This document shows, piece by piece, positions 1 through 10,997 of a DNA stretch of 64,000 nucleotides. The stretch covers positions 1 to 64,000 of IMG/VR virus record IMGVR_UViG_2822120212_000001; one strand, 5' to 3'. The position numbers and the translations under genes were made by a program. Below the pieces are notes generated by a model. That model searched no databases. It was given only the letters and a program-made list of their open reading frames with translations, and was not told the DNA's origin. This stretch comes from an uncultured virus (IMG/VR IMGVR_UViG_2822120212_000001) (lineage: Duplodnaviria > Heunggongvirae > Uroviricota > Caudoviricetes). The first letter of the stretch is position 1, and each line of letters begins with the position of its first letter.

Positions 1-241
1 GACCCTCTTGTAGGGTCTTTCTTTGATTTTGTTATAATATTCCGAATACAAATTTTTAAGGGGATTTGGGGTGCTTAACTCTTAATGAAAAAGAAGATAT
101 TAGGGCTATCGTCAGCATTTTGGAAAAAACTACGCTAAGCAAAAAATACAATAAGCTGTCCATATGGACAGCTTATTTACATAATAATCGTTATCGGTAC
201 TGAAAAAGGATCTTCGATGGAAGATCTTTTACCCTGATTTC

Positions 242-754
242 TTAATAAAAATCTATAAAGAATGGATAGCTGAACTCTGTTCTACTTTGAATGATAAATT
301 GGATTGGATGTTCTTTATTGCTTTCACCACTCAAATTTTCTCCTGTTGATTTTTTTCCTTCATACCAGATGTTACCTTCATCATTCTTTTTGATTGTTTC
401 ATCACCTTCAAAATATATCTCAAATTCATTGTTATTATAATGTTTGAATATTTCTTCCTCGCTTAGTTCAGATGACAATTTCATGTATGCTGCAACAGTT
501 GGATAACCTCCACTTCCCGAAGGTCCTCCACCGTATAGAACCCCATATTCAAAATCTTTTTCGATTACTTCTGTTTTTTTAGGTAAAGGATAATCAAAAA
601 GTTGATTTGCATATTTTTCGGCGTATCTATATTCTTGACCAAATATATAATACAGCAATGAACCAATGCTAATTGAAATTAATAATAGAATAATAAGTAT
701 TTTGTTTTTTTTTATCATCGAATCCCCCTTAGTGTCCTTTGCTAATTGTATCAA
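242..754 (-). CDS. Membrane-anchored hypothetical protein
   Basis: ORF with N-terminal hydrophobic segment (ILIILLLISISIGSLLYYIF); start could be the second Met. Confidence 0.7.
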   Translation of the reverse strand: MIQLAKDTKGDSMIKKNKILIILLLISISIGSLLYYIFGQEYRYAEKYANQLFDYPLPKKTEVIEKDFEYGVLYGGGPSGSGGYPTVAAYMKLSSELSEEEIFKHYNNNEFEIYFEGDETIKKNDEGNIWYEGKKSTGENLSGESNKEHPIQFIIQSRTEFSYPFFIDFY

Positions 755-1132
755 TATATGGCAATCTCGGGCATTAATATTTAGAAAAATTAGTCAAAAA
801 TAAGGATAATTTGTTTAAAATCAAATTTTTCTTTCTTGTTTTAAAGTAAATTACTAACTTTAGTTGAATATGAACTCTCTCAATGAATACTCTATACAAA
901 ATTAGTTAACATAACGCATCATTATTGGTAGCAAGGACAAGGAGGAATACCTACTTTCACAAGGGAACCTCCTTTTATTGTTCTATGGATCTATGCATTT
1001 TTTTATACATTCCTATCCTGGCGCGGTTTTAGGGTTCTCTTTTGTTACTGGGTTCGTCGAAAAACTGTATAAAACCTTGCATACTCTTAGCTTGTTTTTC
1101 TATGGAATGCTGTCGATACCTTTTTAATGCAT

Positions 1133-1205
1133 AAAGAAAAGACACCCTAAGGTGCCTTCTTGCGATTTGAACCATCGTAATATGGTATCGGATGCCAATC
1201 CAATT
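1133..1205 (-). repeat. Copy 1 of the cassette-associated sRNA/terminator element
   Basis: Minus strand TGGTTCAAATCGCAAGAAGGCACC-TTAG-GGTGTCTTTTCTTT, preceded by TG-G-TAAAAT extended -10; related copies at 4899, 6895, 9537, 10571, 61990, 62283, 63246. Confidence 0.8.
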
Positions 1206-1280
1206 ATTATTTTACCACGTTAAGTAATGTTGGTTATTGAGAAATAAGAAAAGCACTCGAAAGAGTGCTTTTAACTATTG

Positions 1281-1350
1281 ATAAAATGTAAGATTTCTCA
1301 ACCAAGCATAATAAATCCAGTTAAAACTATTTTGTCATATTTTGTCGAAA
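1281..1350 (-). promoter_or_regulatory. Spo0A-type promoter/leader with no gene behind it (empty cassette)
   Basis: TGTCATA plus TGTCGAA (1343-1349) boxes and leader homologous to those upstream of the 8823 and 9441 lipoproteins; terminator follows directly at ~1250-1272. Confidence 0.6.
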
Positions 1351-1405
1351 GAAAATAAAAAAAGAGAGTACCAGTCTCTCCTTTTTATCTATTAGTAAAA
1401 AATAG

Positions 1406-1612
1406 TCACCTATATGGTTGATGTTGATATTGCTGATACTGTTGATATGATTGCCAATTTTGTGATGGCGAAGCATATATAATGTAAGGTGGCCACGGTA
1501 TCTGGGGTGGCCACCCTTGAGGACGTGGAGGTATAGCAGCCGGATCTAAATAGTAACCCTGAGTTGGAGCTTGATAGTAAACTGGTCTCTGTCTATAAAA
1601 ATATCCATTCAA
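1406..1612 (-). CDS. Small Q/Y/P-rich protein, possibly spore-associated
   Basis: AGGAGG RBS then TTG at 1612; low-complexity QYQQYQ/PPQ content; hairpin downstream. Confidence 0.55.
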   Translation of the reverse strand: MNGYFYRQRPVYYQAPTQGYYLDPAAIPPRPQGWPPQIPWPPYIIYASPSQNWQSYQQYQQYQHQPYR

Positions 1613-1806
1613 GTTCGTTCCTCCTAACATAAATTTGAAATTTATTTGATGTAGTATATCTAATTGGGAACGTAATGGATAATTGTCCTTTTAAAATTGG
1701 GAGAACATCTAATAGGTAATAAAAATGAGCGTTGAGTGGTTCTTTTGTCATAATTGCTTTCAAACTGCATTTATTGAGTGTGATAAGTATTTTTTGGAGG
1801 TGACAT

Positions 1807-2520
1807 ATGTCAGAAGAAAAAGATTTACATGGTGCTGCATTTAATCCGAATTTAATTGGTCCGACATTCCCACCTATTCCATCGTTCACTTTGCCTACAG
1901 GTCCGACTGGGATTACAGGTCCTACAGGGTCAACAGGAATTGGTATAACTGGTCCCACGGGTCCTACAGGATCAACAGGAATTGGTATAACTGGTCCCAC
2001 GGGTCCTACAGGGCCAACAGGAATTAGTATAACTGGCCCCACGGGGCCTACTGGACCAACAGGAAATACTATAGCGTATGGAGCATTGTATGATAGATCC
2101 AATACACTTCGTACAGCAAATGTAGGCCAAAAAGTAGTTTTCCAGGATCTTGGTCCATCTTTGGGAACAAATCTTGATCTATTAAATAATAGTATCCAAG
2201 TATTGAGTGGTGGAATATATGAAATTAATATGGATTTAACAGCAAGAGTTTTTAATCGTGATTTAACCCCAGTAAATACAGTTTTAAAATTTAGGTTATA
2301 TATTAATGACATTACACCTGTTCAAGAAAGTGAAATTGAAGGTACGACATCTATAAGTACAGATGTCATTGCATCCGTTTTGAATGCGTATACCATTGGG
2401 AAAACAATACTAATCAGATTAAATGCAAATGATTCATTAAGTATTATTATTGATGTTGCACAAGGAGAAATTTCTTCTTATGGAAATCCATCTTTAGTCG
2501 TAACAAGAATTGCAGATTAA
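1807..2520 (+). CDS. Collagen-like exosporium protein (BclA-type N-terminal targeting leader)
   Basis: [24 protein letters not shown] leader, GPT/GXT triplets, globular C-terminal domain, GGAGGTG RBS. Confidence 0.9.
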   Translation: MSEEKDLHGAAFNPNLIGPTFPPIPSFTLPTGPTGITGPTGSTGIGITGPTGPTGSTGIGITGPTGPTGPTGISITGPTGPTGPTGNTIAYGALYDRSNTLRTANVGQKVVFQDLGPSLGTNLDLLNNSIQVLSGGIYEINMDLTARVFNRDLTPVNTVLKFRLYINDITPVQESEIEGTTSISTDVIASVLNAYTIGKTILIRLNANDSLSIIIDVAQGEISSYGNPSLVVTRIAD

Positions 2521-2674
2521 TATCGGGTGTTAGAGAAATAGTTTTAATAAGAAGATGAATAGTAAAAAAGAGAGCCGTTGGGCTCTCTTTTTTATTTGGT
2601 GAAAATATGGAACGGAGGTTGATTCTAAGATGATATGTATTCATCTCCTTAGTAAATAAAGGGTACAAATGTCA

Positions 2675-3583
<909 letters not shown>

Positions 3584-3666
3584 ATACGTAGTAAGATTGT
3601 TATATACCATAGGGATGGTACTAAAAAAAGAGAGCCAATTGTCTCTCTTTTTTTGGTGAAATCAAA

Positions 3667-3735
3667 TCATAGTATGTCTTTGTTATCGCGTAACATTTTG
3701 ACATACAACGCTAACTGTTTAGTGAAGCATTCTTT
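3667..3735 (-). pseudogene. 3' remnant (KECFTKQLALYVKMLRDNKDIL*) of a small protein gene, possibly an XRE-type regulator
   Basis: Homologous to the 4731-4850 remnant; no start; adjacent to a terminator. Confidence 0.5.
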
Positions 3736-3864
3736 TCAGTTACAGCTAATTTACCCATACTTTGTCGAAGAGAAATAAAAAAGAGAGTCTCCGCTATTGC
3801 AAATGTCATTTTCTTACTCTTATACATTTAATAGTTATGACAAGCAGTCATAGGAGGTGAATGC

Positions 3865-4572
3865 ATGAAAGAAGAAAATACTGTTTTACGTGGAGCAGCT
3901 CTTGAACCAAATTTAGTTGGCCCCACACTACCACCTATACCACCATTTACGTTACCAACGGGACCTACTGGAGCTACAGGAATAACAGGACCCACTGGTC
4001 CGACGGGTCCAACCGGAGTTGGAAGTACTGGAGCAACCGGACCTACGGGAATAACGGGTTCTACTGGTTTAACTGGAGCGACGGGTCCTACAGGACCAAC
4101 TGGCCCCACAGGACCTCGTCTATTTTTTATACCGCTTGCGAGAATACCAGAACCTATAGAACTTTCACCAAATACAGATAATGTTCAAATTATGGAGATC
4201 TTTGTCAATGTACAGGAAGAAAATGATTTCGTCCATTTAAACGCAACGATAGGTACAGAAATTAATATTGATACAGAAAGTAACGATAGTGCTATTTTTA
4301 TTGTGGATAAAATAACGTATCAGTTATTCCGTGAAGATGTGTTATTGGCAGAGTCGGTTGTATCTGCAGACTATAAGGTAAATCTAGTAAATCCACTATA
4401 TACTTTTAATTCTACATTTACATGGGTAGACTTTCCATCTGACCCAGTATTTCCAACAGATCCAGTACGTTATCACATTATAGCTAATATAGGTAATTTT
4501 GATATGGTAATAAGTGCTCAAGTTAGAAATCGAGGGTTTACTGCGGTGATGTTTCCTACCGATCCCATCTAA
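3865..4572 (+). CDS. Collagen-like exosporium protein
   Basis: [24 protein letters not shown] leader, GPT repeats; C-terminal domain paralogous to 24227-24982. Confidence 0.9.
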   Translation: MKEENTVLRGAALEPNLVGPTLPPIPPFTLPTGPTGATGITGPTGPTGPTGVGSTGATGPTGITGSTGLTGATGPTGPTGPTGPRLFFIPLARIPEPIELSPNTDNVQIMEIFVNVQEENDFVHLNATIGTEINIDTESNDSAIFIVDKITYQLFREDVLLAESVVSADYKVNLVNPLYTFNSTFTWVDFPSDPVFPTDPVRYHIIANIGNFDMVISAQVRNRGFTAVMFPTDPI

Positions 4573-4730
4573 GGATGCCTTTAAAAGAAGTACAATTCTT
4601 ACATTTTCTCTATCACTATTTTTATTATGCAAAAAAGAGAGCCAAATGGCTCTCTTACCATAAATTAGTAAAGTTATGTAAAATTTTACTAATATCAAAT
4701 GGGAATGATTTCTTTTATTATGAAATCAAA

Positions 4731-4850
4731 TCACAATATGTCTTTGTTGCTTTGCAACATTTCCACGTACAAAGAAACTTGTTTAGCGAAACGCCCTTGC
4801 TGACGTCCATCAAGTTTTTCATAATCTCTTTTAATGTCTTTGCAAAATGT
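4731..4850 (-). pseudogene. 3' remnant (..KRDYEKLDGRQQGRFAKQVSLYVEMLQSNKDIL*)
   Basis: Second, diverged copy of the remnant at 3667. Confidence 0.5.
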
Positions 4851-4898
4851 AAAATTACTTAACTATCGAGATCAAGAAAATATTTATATTTTACTAGC

Positions 4899-4980
4899 AA
4901 AAGAAAAGACACCCCAAGGTGCCTTCCTCCGACTTGAACCACTTTAATTTTAATAATATGTATTGGACTCCCATCCAAAT
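4899..4980 (-). repeat. Copy 2 of the sRNA/terminator element, directly 3' of the OLD nuclease gene
   Basis: TTGGA-TGGGAG-TCCAA hairpin ... AAATTAAAGTGGTTCAAGTCGGAGGAAGGCACC-TTGG-GGTGTCTTTTCTTTT. Confidence 0.85.
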
Positions 4981-4981
4981 A

Positions 4982-6691
4982 TTATTTCTCATTCCACCAT
5001 TTTTGTATTTCTTTAATCAAAGGAAAACGTTCAGCTTCTTCCTTTGACATTTTATTTGCAACTTCTACTCCTACCTTAATTTTATTTCCAATTCCAGGTA
5101 TATCACCGAAGTTTCCATAATCCAGAGTTTCTGCTTCTTTACCTAAAACATCTGCTAAAATATCCTTTGGATACATATTTTCTAATGTTCTATAGTCCTT
5201 ATTCATTAAAAATTCAACATTATTTTCAATACACTGATCTTTATAATCTAATTTTATTTGTTTTATTTTCCCTCCTTCTTCTTCAGGTTTAGGTAAATCA
5301 CTATCTATAATGACCATACTTTTTTCATGCAATTTTTTTAAATCTTCTGCAGCAATTTGAAATAGATTATCACCACCAAGAGTGATAATTAATATTCTTT
5401 CCCTCTCTATGTCCAAACCAATTTTTTTTAATAGTATTGGTAAAATTTTCACCTCAGTTGGTCCCTCAACAAATATTATGCCTGCTGCAGAGAGAGCTAA
5501 AGGTAAATAGGCACCTAAAGTACTAAAAACTATCTCTTTATTAGCAATATCAATATCCTGGCAATTGGTTTGATTACCATCGTGTTTAATTAGATATAAT
5601 TTTTCTCTATTTTTCAAGGACTGTAATATAAAAGGAGAATGTGTTGCCAATACCCATTGTATTGAAAATTCACGAGAAATCTTTCTAATTAATTTAATAA
5701 ATCTTTGCTGTAGCATTGGATGCAAACCTATTTCAGGCTCGTCAATAAATACAATATTCATTTTGGAAAAATTATTTAGCACTTTGGCAACGAGAAACAT
5801 AGTATTATAGATTCCATCACCACTTCGGGATAATGGTTGTTCTTTTTCATTTCCATTTTGGTTCCAAATTAAAAATATATCCTCAGATTTCTCATCCCCT
5901 TGAGTCCTATTTATTTCTATTCTTACTAATTCTGGTAGTAAAATCCTGAAATATCCCATGAATTTTTCATGTTTTCCGGAAGTTTTTCCTCTTTCTGAAC
6001 AAATCTCTTTGAAAAAATTAACTAATTGTAATTTTTTATCTTCTTCTTTAATTAAAATTTGTTCGTTACTTCTTGTAACACCTGGAACATATAAGGAATT
6101 CAAATTCTTCATAGAGTCCTTTAATTCAGTGAAAAATGTAATTAGACGGTATAATGTGTTTGAAAAATCATTAATTTTATCATATCCAAAAAACTTTTGA
6201 ACATGATTATTCCAAGATTTTAAATCAACATAAGATTGAAATTCATCAAATGCGCTTTGTCTAAGCGGGAGGGTTAGTAGTATTACTGCGTCTGAAAAAA
6301 ACTGTTTAACCTTTTCTCTTTGAATATCGATCCCTTGGTCATTTAAATCTTTTAATTCTTTTTCAAAATATTGATCTTTATCTACACACTGCCATAGGGT
6401 ATCTAAATCTTCTCTTGTACATTTAAGGGATAATTTGATACATTGTGGGGAGCTATCTAGAGAAAAACCTTTACGATGCTCACTTCCATCCAATAATTTA
6501 GATAATTCTTTATCCATTTGTGTGCCGACATTTATACAACTATTTAAACCTAAAAATGATGCTAATAAAGCTGAGGTTTTCCCTGTATCATTAATTCCCG
6601 ACAGCACAGTAATGTTACTAACATCTAGCTTGAGTAGAGGATTACTTCCAATAGACCTAAAATTACTTATTTCAATACTATTTATATACAT
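4982..6691 (-). CDS. OLD-family ATP-dependent nuclease (ABC-ATPase + TOPRIM), putative anti-phage
   Basis: Walker A GINDTGKT, signature LSRSGDG, Walker B IDEPEIGLHP, ATHS H-loop, TOPRIM VEGPTE and DSD. Confidence 0.85.
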   Translation of the reverse strand: MYINSIEISNFRSIGSNPLLKLDVSNITVLSGINDTGKTSALLASFLGLNSCINVGTQMDKELSKLLDGSEHRKGFSLDSSPQCIKLSLKCTREDLDTLWQCVDKDQYFEKELKDLNDQGIDIQREKVKQFFSDAVILLTLPLRQSAFDEFQSYVDLKSWNNHVQKFFGYDKINDFSNTLYRLITFFTELKDSMKNLNSLYVPGVTRSNEQILIKEEDKKLQLVNFFKEICSERGKTSGKHEKFMGYFRILLPELVRIEINRTQGDEKSEDIFLIWNQNGNEKEQPLSRSGDGIYNTMFLVAKVLNNFSKMNIVFIDEPEIGLHPMLQQRFIKLIRKISREFSIQWVLATHSPFILQSLKNREKLYLIKHDGNQTNCQDIDIANKEIVFSTLGAYLPLALSAAGIIFVEGPTEVKILPILLKKIGLDIERERILIITLGGDNLFQIAAEDLKKLHEKSMVIIDSDLPKPEEEGGKIKQIKLDYKDQCIENNVEFLMNKDYRTLENMYPKDILADVLGKEAETLDYGNFGDIPGIGNKIKVGVEVANKMSKEEAERFPLIKEIQKWWNEK

Positions 6692-6946
6692 ATGTAAGCC
6701 TCCAAGACAGTTTGGAATTTAAGTATGAACAAAATAAAAAGTTATTAAACCTAAAATTATAATAGCATAAGTTTAGAATATATTAGGGATATAGCTAGCT
6801 ATATCTTTCTTTTTTATTAATCTCTAATTAGGGATAACAACCTATTATTAATGTATTTTTTAATCTTGTTGAAACTCAAATGTTTTATCCAATGAAAAAA
6901 AGACACCTTAAGGTGCTTTTCTTCGATTATTTTAATTTAAAATTAA

Positions 6947-7759
6947 TTAATCAATGTTGGGATAGTTTTCTAAAGCATGATGGATTTCTTGTCTTAGTTC
7001 AGTGCATTCATTTTTTAAAGTATTTATAATTTCTATATCGCTTGTGTTAATATCTTCATTTTCGATTATTTTATTATTATATATTAAAGATAATTTTATG
7101 TATCTATTCCCCAATCTAGTATGAGAATTTTTAAATTTAATGTATTTTTCTTGTTGTTCTTTAGATTCCTTTAAAGACAGACGGTATATTGTTTTGAAAT
7201 TTATAAGAGCTTTTTTAACAAATCCCAATTGGATGTTTATATTTTTAAGCATTATATCGATTTTTTGATTAGCTGCAAGAGATGTAGATATTTTGTTAAG
7301 CTCTATTTGTCTTTCTTCTAACTCATTAATTTTTTCTTGGGCTATAGTTGCTATATTCTTAGACTCATCAATCAATGAGTTTAATTGCTCTATTTTCGAA
7401 TCAGACTCGTTTAAATTCAATTGAGTTTGTTGTCTTGCATTTTCGATTTCTATTAACTTTTCTGTAGCTAGTTGTAATGTATTTTCTGCTTCTTCAATTT
7501 TTTTGTTAGCTTTTCTTTCTAAAAGCTTTACATAAATAAATGCGGCAGATGCTAGGGCAATAATGGCTCCTCCTACAAAAATAATCCAATTACTGATGCT
7601 TGATATTTCCCCTTGCAAAAATGTAATTTGGCTATCTTTCGCAGAAATAATCTTATCTTGTACGTCTTTTACAGTCTCCAAAGAATCAACCTTCGTTTGT
7701 AATTTGCTCAATTGTTCTTTAATTTGTTCGTTAGATATTGTAAATAAAGTCATTTTCAC
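6947..7759 (-). CDS. Single-TM coiled-coil hypothetical protein
   Basis: TM WIIFVGGAIIALASAAFIYV flanked by heptad-rich helices. Confidence 0.7.
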   Translation of the reverse strand: MKMTLFTISNEQIKEQLSKLQTKVDSLETVKDVQDKIISAKDSQITFLQGEISSISNWIIFVGGAIIALASAAFIYVKLLERKANKKIEEAENTLQLATEKLIEIENARQQTQLNLNESDSKIEQLNSLIDESKNIATIAQEKINELEERQIELNKISTSLAANQKIDIMLKNINIQLGFVKKALINFKTIYRLSLKESKEQQEKYIKFKNSHTRLGNRYIKLSLIYNNKIIENEDINTSDIEIINTLKNECTELRQEIHHALENYPNID

Positions 7760-7818
7760 TGTTTAATCTCCTTTGGTGTATTAATTCATAAATAAAAGCA
7801 CTCTCTCGAGTGCCCATT

Positions 7819-8163
7819 TTATGCAGATACAGCAACTTTATCTTTACGGAAGATACCCATTAATCCGCCGATTAATAATAATACTCCTGGTAATAAGTAA
7901 ATCAGAGATATACAAATAAAGCCTCCGATAGCAGCAACAGTCATCATGATACCGCCAACTTTCGCTTTACCTCTTACCATAACAGAACCAACAATTCCTA
8001 AGATTGATAGTCCTACAGCGCCCCAACCTAATCCGATAATCGTATTTGCACCATCAGCTTCGAAAGCTGCTCCCATACCACCGATTAATAGTGCAACAAA
8101 TGCACAAATAATACCAAAAATACCACCAATAAGTCCTAATACAAATTCAGCTGTTCGTTTCAT
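7819..8163 (-). CDS. DUF4064-like membrane protein
   Basis: MKRTAEFVLGLIGGIFG start; four TM segments. Confidence 0.75.
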   Translation of the reverse strand: MKRTAEFVLGLIGGIFGIICAFVALLIGGMGAAFEADGANTIIGLGWGAVGLSILGIVGSVMVRGKAKVGGIMMTVAAIGGFICISLIYLLPGVLLLIGGLMGIFRKDKVAVSA

Positions 8164-8181
8164 GTTTAACTCCCTATATAA

Positions 8182-8823
8182 TTATTTAGATTTAAAGAAT
8201 ACTTTATTTTGTTTTTGAGTTTCAAATTGAATCGTAAAGTCATCACCAGTATTTACAACTTGTGAAATGTAACCTTCGCCTTCAGCACCTTTGTATAATT
8301 TTTGATGTAACTGGTTAGGTGTTACAGCGGATAGTTCATGATTATATACTTGTCCTTCTTTTGATACTAATTTAAAGTTCATATCAGACAGTAAATATTC
8401 AAAGTCTTGTGTTTCAGCATCTACTACTTTCCCTTTTACTTTAACTAATACCCATTCTTTTCCCTCAGGAGCAGGTTCGTTGAATTCATTTTCTTTTTTT
8501 AGAATTCCAAAAGCTTGTTCACCACGTACAACTTCTAAAATGGAAACTTCAACTTTCGCTTTGAATTTCTTAAATTCTCCACCGTCAGTATTTAAAATAA
8601 CATCGTCTATAGAAGCAGTTTCATTAAATGCTATAGGATTAGAACGGTTACCCTTAGCAGATTCTGTTTTTCCTTCTTTTGAATTATTTTTTTTTGTTTC
8701 TTGTTTTGGTTGCTCTTTTTCTTTTGTTTCTACTCCATTACTAGTCTTCTCGTTAGATCCGCATGCAGCTAAACTAAAAGCAAGTGCTCCTGTCAAAGCG
8801 ATTGTACCCAATTTCTTATACAT
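8182..8823 (-). CDS. Lipoprotein, DUF4352-like
   Basis: Lipobox LAAC; NPI...APEGKEWVLVKVK motif typical of phage immunity-region lipoproteins. Confidence 0.75.
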   Translation of the reverse strand: MYKKLGTIALTGALAFSLAACGSNEKTSNGVETKEKEQPKQETKKNNSKEGKTESAKGNRSNPIAFNETASIDDVILNTDGGEFKKFKAKVEVSILEVVRGEQAFGILKKENEFNEPAPEGKEWVLVKVKGKVVDAETQDFEYLLSDMNFKLVSKEGQVYNHELSAVTPNQLHQKLYKGAEGEGYISQVVNTGDDFTIQFETQKQNKVFFKSK

Positions 8824-8840
8824 TATGTTTCCTCCAGTTA

Positions 8841-8910
8841 TGTAAAATGTAAGATTTCCGAAACTATCATAACAGAAACGGTTACAACTATTTTGTCATA
8901 TTCTGTCGAA
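8841..8910 (-). promoter_or_regulatory. Putative Spo0A-activated sigma-A promoter
   Basis: 0A box TGTCGAA 8904-8910 plus TGTCATA; minus strand ATGACA-N22-TATGAT (over-spaced, as in spoIIG-type promoters). Confidence 0.6.
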
Positions 8911-8952
8911 CGAAAATAAAAAAAGCACTCACAAGAGTGCTTAGTCATAAAT

Positions 8953-9441
8953 CTAATGTTTTTTACTAGATTTTTTATGTCCTTTATTTCGTTCACAAGC
9001 TACACCATCGCCATCACGATCTAAATGCGAAGCATAAGCTGGGCTATCTGGAGTTATATCATAGTAACCGGCATTATTTGCATCTGTACAGTTTGCAAAG
9101 TGAACTTTCTCTTGTTTAGGTGCAGCTTGTTGCTGAGGTGCTGTATTAGCTGTAGCTTTTTGTTGCTCCTGTTCTTTTGCTCGAGCTGCTTCTTGTTGTT
9201 TCTTTTGCTCTTCGGCTTTTTTCTGTTCTTCTAACTTCTTTTGTTCCTCAGCCTGTTTTTGTTCTTCGGCTTTTTTCTGTTCTTCTATTTTCTTTTGTTC
9301 ATCTTCCTGTTTTTTCTCATCTTCTTTTTTAGTTTCTTGTTTTTGTTCTTCTGATGTACTTGCTTTATCATTTGAACCACAAGCAGCCAATCCCATAAGT
9401 AGCACGCTGCATGCTAAAGCCATTAATAATTTTTTACTCAT
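8953..9441 (-). CDS. Lipoprotein with C-terminal Excalibur Ca-binding domain
   Basis: LAAC lipobox, EEQKK repeats, FANC...LDRDGDGVACE. Confidence 0.85.
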   Translation of the reverse strand: MSKKLLMALACSVLLMGLAACGSNDKASTSEEQKQETKKEDEKKQEDEQKKIEEQKKAEEQKQAEEQKKLEEQKKAEEQKKQQEAARAKEQEQQKATANTAPQQQAAPKQEKVHFANCTDANNAGYYDITPDSPAYASHLDRDGDGVACERNKGHKKSSKKH

Positions 9442-9536
9442 AATTTAATTCCTCCAAGATATATAAAATGTAATATTTCTGGACAATCTTATCAAAATAA
9501 ATATCTATATATTGTCATATTGTGTCGAAAGATAAT

Positions 9537-9583
9537 AAAAAAGACACCCAAAGGTGCCTTCCGACTTGAACCACTTTAATTTT
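9537..9583 (-). repeat. Copy 4 of the sRNA/terminator element, overlapping the stop codon of the 9576-10424 gene
   Basis: Plus strand AAAAAGACACCCAAAGGTGCCTTCCGACTTGAACCACTTTAATTT. Confidence 0.85.
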
Positions 9584-10424
9584 GGTTGAGTCTTATTTTC
9601 AACTCATCTTTATATTTTTCAACTAAACCAAGTCCATCCATGAACTTAATAAATTCGTTATTCAATTCAGGTGCCATATAATTAATGATTTCATGAGATG
9701 CGGAAGTACATAAAGCTCTCGCCATACCAGCAAAGTGATTTAAGTTTTCTGGATTCCTTATTGGTTTGAAAGAAAAAGGATTATTAATTATATCGTCATT
9801 AATTAATCCGTTTAAAGATTCATATCCATGAGCTTCTAAAGATAAAATTTCATAGTATTTATAGATTTGATCGTCATTTAATTTTCTCACCAGCATTTTA
9901 ATAGATGTTGGCCCTCCTTTAAACAAGGAATACCATTTTGGTTCATATGTATTATTGTATTTTTTATTTTGTATTTCTTTAGTGATTTCCCATTGTTTAA
10001 GGATTTTATTGAAAATTGGTTCTTTCAAAAGCTGATCTATCATAACTATTTTATTTTGAAATTTTTCTTTTGGTATCGATACATGTTTAGGGGGATTTTT
10101 AAGCATATTATCGTGTACTATTTTTTGGTTTTTTAAATAACCTACATAATAACTGATCGCCCTATCTTTAATGAATTTTTTGTGTTGAGTAATGTATTTT
10201 AGAGAAAGATAAGTTTCAAGTGCAGAACGTATCATTACTATTGAAGGACTTTTCAATTGATGGTCAGCTAAAATAAAATTTCCATCTATTTGTTCAATTA
10301 GTTTTCTATAAATACTTAAAATTATTTTTTGTTCAACAGTTAAATCTTCGCGTTCTCCTAATTTTGTCATTAAATCTACACTAAATTCTATACTTTTACT
10401 TAAATCGATTAGTCGTTTATCCAT
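9576..10424 (-). CDS. DUF5677-like protein
   Basis: RSALE, WYSLFKGGPTSIK and YEILSLEAHG motifs; AT-rich accessory gene. Confidence 0.65.
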   Translation of the reverse strand: MDKRLIDLSKSIEFSVDLMTKLGEREDLTVEQKIILSIYRKLIEQIDGNFILADHQLKSPSIVMIRSALETYLSLKYITQHKKFIKDRAISYYVGYLKNQKIVHDNMLKNPPKHVSIPKEKFQNKIVMIDQLLKEPIFNKILKQWEITKEIQNKKYNNTYEPKWYSLFKGGPTSIKMLVRKLNDDQIYKYYEILSLEAHGYESLNGLINDDIINNPFSFKPIRNPENLNHFAGMARALCTSASHEIINYMAPELNNEFIKFMDGLGLVEKYKDELKIRLNQN

Positions 10425-10570
10425 GTCCCCTTAATCCTCGCTTAACAGTGTTATTTTTTATGCTTATTTTAAATTATCCATAATATGGCCTATTTAAATT
10501 CGTAAGATATATAGGAATTACAATCAATCCGTTTATATATATACATTATCATATTCTGTTGTAAATGAAT

Positions 10571-10680
10571 AAGAAAAGACACCCTAAGGTGCCTTTCTCC
10601 GACTTGAACCACTTTAATTTTAATAATATGTGTTGGACTCTAATTTAATATTATTGTATTAAGTTGGTGTGGGGTGACAA
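10571..10680 (-). ncRNA. Stand-alone copy 5 of the element with its own promoter (~80-nt sRNA candidate)
   Basis: Minus strand TTGTCA-N16-TACAAT directly upstream; no ORF between promoter and terminator. Confidence 0.55.
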
Positions 10681-10997
10681 TAGAACCAGTATACAATTAG
10701 TCTGGATATCTTGAACGATTCTTTTCAAAAAATGGATATATATGCTATATTATGCGTAAGGTTGTAAGAGAATGCACTTAATCTATAGGCTGAGTTAATT
10801 CAACAAGAATTATAAAAGTTAAAGTTTTTTTTACTAGGAAAAATATTTATCTTTTTTTGTAGAAGTTATTGTCGTTGATTCACTTTTTAATAAAAACAGT
10901 ATATATGGCTGAATCTGAGGAGATATTCTTGAAGGTTTACTTAGCTATGAATTAAAGAATAATAATAAAATAATACATTCATAGGAGAAGGTTTTTA

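Noticed and set aside
4899..4980. GGTTCAAGTC as a tRNA T-loop or tRNA-derived att site
   Set aside because: No acceptor, D or anticodon arms and no CCA; no integrase nearby
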